Positions 1-5,991 of a stretch of DNA of 11,709 nt are shown here, piece by piece. Made by a program: the position numbers and the translations under genes. Positions within the stretch are counted from its first letter, which is position 1; the number at the start of each line of letters is the position of its first letter. The DNA is from Verrucomicrobiales bacterium (GTDB lineage: Bacteria; Verrucomicrobiota; Verrucomicrobiia; Verrucomicrobiales; SLCJ01), in contig JBJTQJ010000087.1 of the NCBI GenBank assembly GCA_046075565.1, forward strand, positions 1 to 11,709, given 5' to 3'. The notes beneath the pieces are model-generated. The model saw only the letters and a list, made by a program, of their open reading frames with translations, was not told the origin of the DNA and ran no database searches.

Positions 1-2
1 TT

Positions 3-185
3 GCCAGGGCCGGCCTGATGCAGGCCTTGCCTGTGCACGACACCCGGGCGGAACTCGACCTCTACCAACTTCTCGCATCCGAGGGAAACCAAGCCCATAG
101 TCGCTACAACGCGCTTATTCGCGAGCTGGTTAGCTTCGAGCGTGCCCTCGACCACCGCCTTGCCAAGGCAAAGCCGAAACCGTAG
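3..185 (+). CDS. 3' end of a small hypothetical protein (5' truncated by the window edge), possibly the helical partner gene found next to DUF6036-type nucleotidyltransferases
   Basis: Frame 3 is open from base 3 to TAG at 183-185: ARAGLMQALPVHDTRAELDLYQLLASEGNQAHSRYNALIRELVSFERALDHRLAKAKPKP*. It is not in the ORF track. The 'ELxLYxLL...AHSRYNALIRELVSFERALD' tail resembles, from memory, a conserved small protein paired with a nucleotidyltransferase; this family link is unverified. Confidence 0.6.
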   Translation, partial: ARAGLMQALPVHDTRAELDLYQLLASEGNQAHSRYNALIRELVSFERALDHRLAKAKPKP

Positions 186-216
186 CGCAACAGGCAGGCG
201 TCAGGGGTCAGTCAAA

Positions 217-234
217 AATCTTCAATCTTCAATC
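217..234. repeat. Short tandem heptamer repeat (AATCTTC)x2.5
   Basis: aatcttc-aatcttc-aatc read directly at 217-234. Confidence 0.75.
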
Positions 235-271
235 CCTCGGTCCCACCGACTCCGGACCAAAGACTAAGGAC

Positions 272-324
272 CCCCGACTCTGTCGGGGCAAGCAAGAGCC
301 CCGACGCTGTCGGGGCAGGCAAGA
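272..324. repeat. Two tandem 26-bp palindromic (REP-like) units, period 27 bp
   Basis: 272-297 CCCCGACTCTGTCGGGGCAAGCAAGA and 299-324 CCCCGACGCTGTCGGGGCAGGCAAGA are identical at 24/26 positions. Each contains a CCCCGAC-N3-GTCGGGG hairpin; the stem extends to 8 bp in copy 2 (298-316). Confidence 0.85.
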
Positions 325-341
325 ACGACGAACCTTCTCCG

Positions 342-364
342 TTTCCGCTTTTCCCGTTTTCCCA
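342..364. repeat. Degenerate pyrimidine-rich 7-8-mer tandem repeat upstream of the flippase start
   Basis: tttccgc-ttttcccg-ttttccca at 342-364, ending 9 nt before the GTG at 374. Confidence 0.55.
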
Positions 365-373
365 CTCGCCCCA

Positions 374-1933
374 GTGACCAGATCCCACCGCATCATCCTG
401 AACATGGCCGCACTCTATGGCAGGGTGTTGGTGTCCATGGTGTTGTCGCTGTTCGCCAGCCGCTATATTCTGGCGGCGCTGGGCGTGGTGGATTTCGGCC
501 TCTACAGTGTCATTGCCGGGATCATGGGGTTCATGGCGTTCCTCAACGGGGCCATGTCCACCAGTTCGCAGCGCCACCTCACCCACGAGCTGGGCCACGG
601 CGACAGGGACCAGCTCAACCGCATTTTTAAAACCTCCCTGCTGTTGCATGCGTCGATCGCGGTTCTTCTTGTGATTCTGGGTGAAACGGCGGGCCTTTGG
701 TTCCTCAATCATGTGCTGAATATTCCAGAGGACAGGCAGGGGGCCGCGTTCTGGATCTATCAATTCACGGTGTTCAGCACGGCGTGCGGTGTGGTTTCCG
801 TGCCCTACAACGCCTTGCTCACGGCGCACGAGGCGCTGGTGGCCGCCTCCCTCATCGGAACCCTCCAGTCGGTGCTGTCGTTCGTGCTGGCGTTGGTGCT
901 CGTCCGGATCCCGGGGGACCGCCTGATCTCCTTCGTCCTGTTCGGCAGCCTCATCACCATTCTCACGACACTGGCCCAGATGGTGCTGTGCCGGCTGCGC
1001 TACCCTGAATCCCGGATACTGGGTGGCAACCAGCCCACTCGCGGGATTTTCAAGGAATTGCTGGGGCTTTCCGGCTGGACCCTGGTTGGGCATCTTTCGT
1101 TCGTCTGCCGTTTGCAGGGCATCGCCTTCCTTTTGAATGTCTTTTTCGGTCCGTTGGTGAATGCCGCCTACGGCATCGCCAACCAGGTCAGCTCCATGAT
1201 GGCCCAGCTCACCCAGGTCATGCAGCAGGCCATCAGCCCGCGCATGGTCAAGCAGGAGGGCGCGGGCAACCGGAAGCGGATGCTGGAGCTGTCCCTATTC
1301 ACCAGCAAATACGGGTTCTTTGTCGCTTGCTTCTGGGGGATTCCGCTCTTTGTCGAGATCGAGACCGTGCTTTCACTCTGGTTGAAAAATCCGCCGCAGC
1401 ACACCGCCACCTTCTGCCGCATCGTGCTGCTGATTTTTGCCGCGGACCAGTTGTCGTCCGCCTATGGAACCACGGTGCTGGCTCTGGGAAAACTCGCGCG
1501 CTACCAAACGATCATTTGCGGCATCCATCTCGCCACGCTGCCACTGGCGTACCTGTTGCTCAAAATGGGATTCAACCAGAACTACTGCTTGCTGGCATCC
1601 TTGTTCACCATGATCGTAGCCTCCGCATCACGTGGTAGGGTTGTTCAGACGCTGGCGGATTTTCCATACTCCACCTGGGTGCGGCAGGTTGCCGTGAGGG
1701 GTGTAATCGCCGTGATGCCCGGAGTCCTGTTTGCCTGGTGCCTTTCCCAACTGCTGGGGCCGTCAGTGGCGCGACTGCTGTTGTTGTCCGTCACCACCGG
1801 GCTGATCACCGCTGCCGGAATTATTCTCATCGGAGTGACACGGGAGGAACGACTGGAATTCCGCGCGCTGCTGCTGTCTCTTCTCGCGAAGGTTACCGGA
1901 GGCGTCAAACCATCGGCATCCATTGGAAACTAA
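374..1933 (+). CDS. wzx: Wzx-type polysaccharide repeat-unit flippase (MOP/MATE-like superfamily)
   Basis: 519 aa, GTG start, TAA stop, hydrophobic throughout with many TM-like segments. The N-terminus 'RIILNMAALYGRVLVSMVLSLFASRYILAALGVVDFGLYSVIAG...FLNGAMSTSSQRHLTHELG' and mid-protein 'LLNVFFGPLVNAAYGIANQV...AISPRMVK' match the flippase subfamily common in polysaccharide loci. Confidence 0.92.
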   Translation: MTRSHRIILNMAALYGRVLVSMVLSLFASRYILAALGVVDFGLYSVIAGIMGFMAFLNGAMSTSSQRHLTHELGHGDRDQLNRIFKTSLLLHASIAVLLVILGETAGLWFLNHVLNIPEDRQGAAFWIYQFTVFSTACGVVSVPYNALLTAHEALVAASLIGTLQSVLSFVLALVLVRIPGDRLISFVLFGSLITILTTLAQMVLCRLRYPESRILGGNQPTRGIFKELLGLSGWTLVGHLSFVCRLQGIAFLLNVFFGPLVNAAYGIANQVSSMMAQLTQVMQQAISPRMVKQEGAGNRKRMLELSLFTSKYGFFVACFWGIPLFVEIETVLSLWLKNPPQHTATFCRIVLLIFAADQLSSAYGTTVLALGKLARYQTIICGIHLATLPLAYLLLKMGFNQNYCLLASLFTMIVASASRGRVVQTLADFPYSTWVRQVAVRGVIAVMPGVLFAWCLSQLLGPSVARLLLLSVTTGLITAAGIILIGVTREERLEFRALLLSLLAKVTGGVKPSASIGN

Positions 1934-1960
1934 AGCCAAACCGGCAAGGAAATCTTACTG

Positions 1961-3118
1961 ATGGAGAAAGAAATGCATATCCAAGCTCCTGTCCTTGAGT
2001 TGGAGGATGGCAACGCCCGCTTGTCCGCCCGGATCCTGTGCGCGGACGCGCCACGCGAATTGTGGTTCTCCATTCCCGAGGAGCACGCCGATTGGTTCGC
2101 GGCGGATCGCTGTGATGGCTTTGTGGTAGCGTTGCTCCTCCAGGCGATGGGGAGGGGGGAAGATATTGTCACGGAATCACCGATGTCCTCCAGGCTGTGG
2201 CACAGCCTTACCCATTCCTTTATTCCCATGATGGCGCGGGCCTTTCCAAAACTGCGCCCCGTGCGGATCCGGCCGGCTTCTCTAACAACGGTCGGGACAT
2301 CTGGCACCGGAGTGGCGACAGGATTCTCGGCCGGCATTGATTCGTTCGCAGCCGTCATCAAGCATCTCGTCCGGGAGGAAGCCGCGGATCACCGGGTCAC
2401 CGATTTCCTTTTTCACAATGTTGGGTCACATGGCCCCGGGGAGCCGGAAGCCTGCCGACGCATTTTCAGGAAGCGATTTGAGGTGGGAAGACCCTTCACC
2501 GAGGAGGCTGGAATCCCCTTTGTTCCCGTGGACTCCAATCTCGGGGACATCTTTCCCATTGATTTCGTGAAAACCCACACGGCCCTGAACGCGGGCGTGC
2601 TGCTTGTGTTGCAGAACCGGTTCCGCCGCTATTTCTATGCGTCCACTTACAAGTATGCGGACTGCAAGGTGGCGCATGTGAGCGATATCTCATACATGGA
2701 CCCCATGGCAGTCCACCTGCTGTCCACCGAGGGGCTTGAATGTGTCTCCACGGGTTGCGAGATGTCTAGGGTGGAGAAGACCAAGCTCGTTGGTTCCTAC
2801 GAGCCCTCGCAACGCTATCTGAACGTTTGTGTCGATCCGGACGGCGACGGCAGGAATTGCTCGGTCTGCTTCAAGTGCAGGCGCACCATGCTCACGCTCG
2901 AACTGCTGGGTTTGGACCACCTCTATAACAAGGTATTCGATTTCGGAAAATTCGCCCGGGTCCGCCGTCGTTACATGAAGGAGATCATCCTTCACTACCC
3001 GAACTCCTTCGAGGCGGAAATCGCGGAGGCGTTTTTTGTTCCGCGCTCGCGCGCATGGAAATGGTTGATCCGCACGGGTGGCTGGATTCGCAAACACCGA
3101 CAATACAAGGCGAAATGA
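1961..3118 (+). CDS. Uncharacterised PP-loop (adenine nucleotide alpha-hydrolase-like) protein with a QueC-type C-terminal Cys4 motif
   Basis: 385 aa; an alternative start is the ATG at 1973, preceded by GGAG. It has a PP-loop-like 'GFSAGIDS' (S123-S128, nt 2327-2344), 'SRVEKT', and 'LNVC-x9-C-x2-C-x2-C' (C290/C300/C303/C306, nt 2828-2878). Its stop overlaps the next start (ATGA). Confidence 0.75.
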   Translation: MEKEMHIQAPVLELEDGNARLSARILCADAPRELWFSIPEEHADWFAADRCDGFVVALLLQAMGRGEDIVTESPMSSRLWHSLTHSFIPMMARAFPKLRPVRIRPASLTTVGTSGTGVATGFSAGIDSFAAVIKHLVREEAADHRVTDFLFHNVGSHGPGEPEACRRIFRKRFEVGRPFTEEAGIPFVPVDSNLGDIFPIDFVKTHTALNAGVLLVLQNRFRRYFYASTYKYADCKVAHVSDISYMDPMAVHLLSTEGLECVSTGCEMSRVEKTKLVGSYEPSQRYLNVCVDPDGDGRNCSVCFKCRRTMLTLELLGLDHLYNKVFDFGKFARVRRRYMKEIILHYPNSFEAEIAEAFFVPRSRAWKWLIRTGGWIRKHRQYKAK

Positions 3119-3993
3119 CATCACTTTCATCATCATTCAAAAAACTGGCCAAAGGGAAGCTGGTTGATCCGCTGCGGCGGATAACCTTCGAGACCGTTTA
3201 CCGGGGGTATCTGCCCCTCTACTATTGCGACACACCCAACTGGGGGGATGCCCTCAGTCCGATTCTTTGCGCCAAGCTGTCCGGCAAGCCGGTCAAGAAG
3301 ATGCTATGGCAGCATCAGAAGCGCTTCCTCGCCATCGGCAGCATTTTGGAAAATGCCAATGCCCGCGCAGAGGTTTGGGGAAGCGGCTTCATCTGGCCGG
3401 ACGGAAAACTCGACGAGGCCCCGGGGGCTGTGCACGCCGTGCGCGGGCCCCAGACGAGGGCGAAACTCCGGGCCATGGGCATCGATTGCCCCGAGGTGTA
3501 TGGAGATCCGGCCCTTCTCTTCCCCTACTTCTATGATCCAGTGGTCGAGAAAAAATACGAGGTCGGCGTGATTCCGCATTTCAGTGACAAGGATACCGAA
3601 TGGGTCAGGAATTTGCCCCGGGACCCGTCCGTCCGCATCATCAACGTCGAGGGCGGCATTGAGGAATTCGTCCGCGAGGTGAAATCCTGCGAGTTGATCC
3701 TCTCCAGTTCGCTGCACGGCATCATCTGCGCCGATGCCTATGGTATTCCAAACATGTGGGTGAAATTGTCCGACATCCTCTATGGAGGAAACTTTAAATT
3801 CCGGGATTACTATGAATCCGTGGGCAGGGACTCCCCCGAACCGGTGACACCGGATGTCCATACCCCGCTGGCGGAATTGACCCGGCGCTTCCGCCCCTAC
3901 ACGCCGAAGATCGAATTGCGCCCCTTGGTCAATGCCTGTCCCTTCATCAGCGCAAAGGTGCGTGATGACCTGCTGCGGCGAATGAAGGCGTGA
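3115..3993 (+). CDS. Polysaccharide pyruvyl transferase family protein (ExoV-like)
   Basis: The start is placed at the ATG at 3115 (ATGA overlap with the upstream stop), giving 292 aa. Motifs: 'NWGDAL', 'AIGSIL', 'VWGSG', 'AVRGP', 'GDPALL', 'GVIPH', 'SSSLHGII.ADAYGIP', 'FKFRDYY'. Confidence 0.92.
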   Translation: MTSLSSSFKKLAKGKLVDPLRRITFETVYRGYLPLYYCDTPNWGDALSPILCAKLSGKPVKKMLWQHQKRFLAIGSILENANARAEVWGSGFIWPDGKLDEAPGAVHAVRGPQTRAKLRAMGIDCPEVYGDPALLFPYFYDPVVEKKYEVGVIPHFSDKDTEWVRNLPRDPSVRIINVEGGIEEFVREVKSCELILSSSLHGIICADAYGIPNMWVKLSDILYGGNFKFRDYYESVGRDSPEPVTPDVHTPLAELTRRFRPYTPKIELRPLVNACPFISAKVRDDLLRRMKA

Positions 3994-4042
3994 CGATGTG
4001 CAGTCGACGCCTGGCCCAAAGACAATCCATGAATCGCGAGTC

Positions 4043-4903
4043 ATGATCCGCGCCATTTTCAAGCGATACAAGTTTCACCCGCGGCGCTGGCTCCTGGGAC
4101 TGATTTCCTATTTGCGCTTCATTGGTTACATCCGGCCGTCCCTCGGGGCAGGCAAGGAGGTGGACTACCGCATCTGGCGGAAACTTTTCCTGAACGCGTG
4201 GGAACCCCGCGAGCTTTCTTTTCCCGTCGGAAAGAGGATTCTCGCCATCTCCCCGCATTCCGATGACGAGGCCATCGGTGCGGGCGGCCTGCTCTGGGCC
4301 CACCGCGATGTGGCCGATATTCATGTCGTCCTCGTCACGGATGGGGCCGCCTATGGAGCCGTCCAGCGGGAGGGGTAAACTCTGGAAGAGGCCCGCGCCG
4401 CCCTGGTTGAGGAAAGGAAGAACGAGCTCAGGAAGACCGCGGATGCGTTGCGTGCGAAATCGCTCTCCTTCCTCGATCTTCCGGACCGTGCAGTCGTGAT
4501 TGACGACGACTCCGTTGCGAAACTCCGCAAGGTGTTGGACGAGGTCGATCCCGATGTGGTTCTCCTGCCATGGTTCCTGGACAACCACCCGGATCATCGT
4601 TCGGTCAACCGTCTCTTTTCGCGGGCATGCACGAACCGGAATCCGCTCGTGCTCGGATACGAAATCTGGGCCGTGCTTGATCCAAACGCTTATTTTGACA
4701 TCACCGACCAGTTGGACGCGAAAATCTCTCTCATCGAGAACTACGCAACCCAGATAGGAGAGGTTGACTACATGACCTTCGCGCGTGGCTTGGCATGGGT
4801 GCGTGGCTATCAGTTGATCCGGAAAAACGGCCGCAAAGCGGCAGAGGCTTATGTGGCGCTTCCGGCCGAAGACTACCGGGAGCTGGTGGACGAAGTGCTG
4901 TAG
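4043..4903 (+). pseudogene. PIG-L/LmbE family de-N-acetylase interrupted by an in-frame TAA (4376-4378)
   Basis: ORFs 3998-4378 and 4448-4903 are in the same frame. Reading through TAA gives ...VQREG*TLEEARAALVEERKNELRKTADALRAKSL... The 5' part has 'ISPHSDDEAIGAGG' (PHxDD) and 'VTDG'. The 3' part has 'DNHPDH', 'YEIW', 'DIT...K...Y.TQ' and 'AEAY'. The likely start is ATG 4043 (GTG 3998 is possible). The gene may be intact if the stop is a sequencing error. Confidence 0.85.
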
Positions 4904-4915
4904 GCTTGAAATTCG

Positions 4916-5946
4916 ATGCAAATCTCTGTCATCGACGGGAGGAGTTTGACGGCTGACCATGTCGAAGCTTGGTCAGCCATCCAGAGCTCGGTGCCGGAGT
5001 TGGAAAGCCCGTTCTTCCGTCCCGAGTTCACGCAGGCGATTGCCGAGGTCACGGGAGGGAACGTCTTTGTCGGCGTCATTCATGAACCATCAGGCAGGCC
5101 AGGCGGGTATTTTCCGTTCCAGTTGGAGCGTCCGGGATTTGGGAAGAACCTGGAGATGTGTGATTATCAGGGGCTCATTGCGCCCCCGGTCTTGAAATGG
5201 GATGTGAGGGCATTGATTCGAAAGTGCGGACTCAAGGTTTGGGAGTTTGACCATCTATGCACCGCGAACCCGGCTTTTGAGCCATTCCATCTTTATACCA
5301 CCGAGTCCCCAATCATCGACGTTTCGCGCGGGTTCGAAGCCTACAAAGCCTCTCTAAGTCCCGAAGGGCGGCGACACCTTGCCAAGGCGGCGACTTCCGC
5401 GAGGAAGGTTGAGCGCGAAATCGGTCCGATAGCCCTGGTCTCCGACAGCGACGATCCACAGTTGATGACAGCCATGCACCGATGGAGGGCGCAAAAGTAT
5501 GGCCCGCTTCCGGATTGGGCCCGCTCGGCACTGGAAATCATCAGAAACACCCGCACACCTTCCTTCGCCGGGATGCTTTCGGCCTTGTATGCGGGGGATC
5601 GGTTGATGGCCGTGCACTTCGGAATTCGCTCGCGCGGGGTGTTGCATTGGTGGTTTCCATCGTATGCCCCCGGTCTATCCAGCTACGCTCCCGGAATACA
5701 GTTGAATTGAATATGGCGGAGCACTGCGCGGAACATGGTGTTGCCAGGATTGATTTGGGAAAAGGCCTGCAAGATTACAAACGGCGGTTTTCCAATGCCT
5801 CATCCCGGGTTGCCACGGGCTCCGTCGACTTGCCCGTCTTCGCAAACGTCCCCAGAATCCTTCGCCGCAGGTGTTGTAGCCTCGTTCGCCAGTCTCCGAT
5901 CCTGCTGAATCTGGCCAGAGGCATGAAACGCTTGGCTCTCCAATAG
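4916..5946 (+). pseudogene. CelD/BcsL-type GNAT acyltransferase (Acetyltransf_6-like) with a frameshift near 5705
   Basis: ORF 4916-5710 has 'SPFFRPEF', 'GYFPF', 'CDYQGLI', 'SALYAGDRLMAVHFG', 'LHWWFPSY...YAPG'. The expected C-terminus 'LNMAEHCAEHGVARIDLGKGLQDYKRRF' continues in the frame of ORF 5482-5946. Adding 1 nt at CAG TTG AA TTG AAT ATG (5699-5715) restores about 343 aa. Confidence 0.85.
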
Positions 5947-5991
5947 AGCCGGCTCACTTCTGACCGCGAAACATACATAGCGGCCCGCATC

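Noticed and set aside
272-324. Possible CRISPR array or intrinsic terminator
   Set aside because: There are only two units separated by 1 nt, so no spacers, and no cas genes are in view. Neither strand has a U-tract after the hairpins.
186-373. ops/JUMPStart (RfaH-type antitermination) element upstream of wzx
   Set aside because: No GGCGGTAG-like match was found in the spacer.
212-1093. 293-aa minus-strand ORF
   Set aside because: It is an antisense shadow of the flippase with no family motifs, and its 3' end runs through the repeat spacer.
3055-3114. Upstream start of the pyruvyltransferase ORF given in the track
   Set aside because: It would overlap the previous gene by 64 nt. ATG 3115 gives the common ATGA coupling and is preferred.
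1961-3118. Calling this gene queC (queuosine or 7-deazaguanine DNA modification)
   Set aside because: It is much longer than typical QueC, with about 115 extra N-terminal residues. No queD/queE/folE/dpdA genes are in the window and the context is glycan synthesis. Only the motif architecture is shared.
4376-4378. Stop-codon reassignment or selenocysteine/pyrrolysine recoding
   Set aside because: The codon is TAA, not TGA or TAG, and TAA terminates the flippase at 1931-1933. TGA and TAG also act as normal stops in this window.
3304-4960. Long minus-strand ORFs 3304-4071 and 3947-4960 (also 6532-7146, 7825-8334, 9179-9730 and others)
   Set aside because: They lie antisense to well-supported + strand genes. 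Long shadow ORFs are expected in GC-rich coding DNA, and none has recognisable motifs.
5690-5715. Programmed -1 ribosomal frameshift in the GNAT gene
   Set aside because: No X-XXY-YYZ slippery heptamer or evident downstream stimulatory structure is present at the junction.
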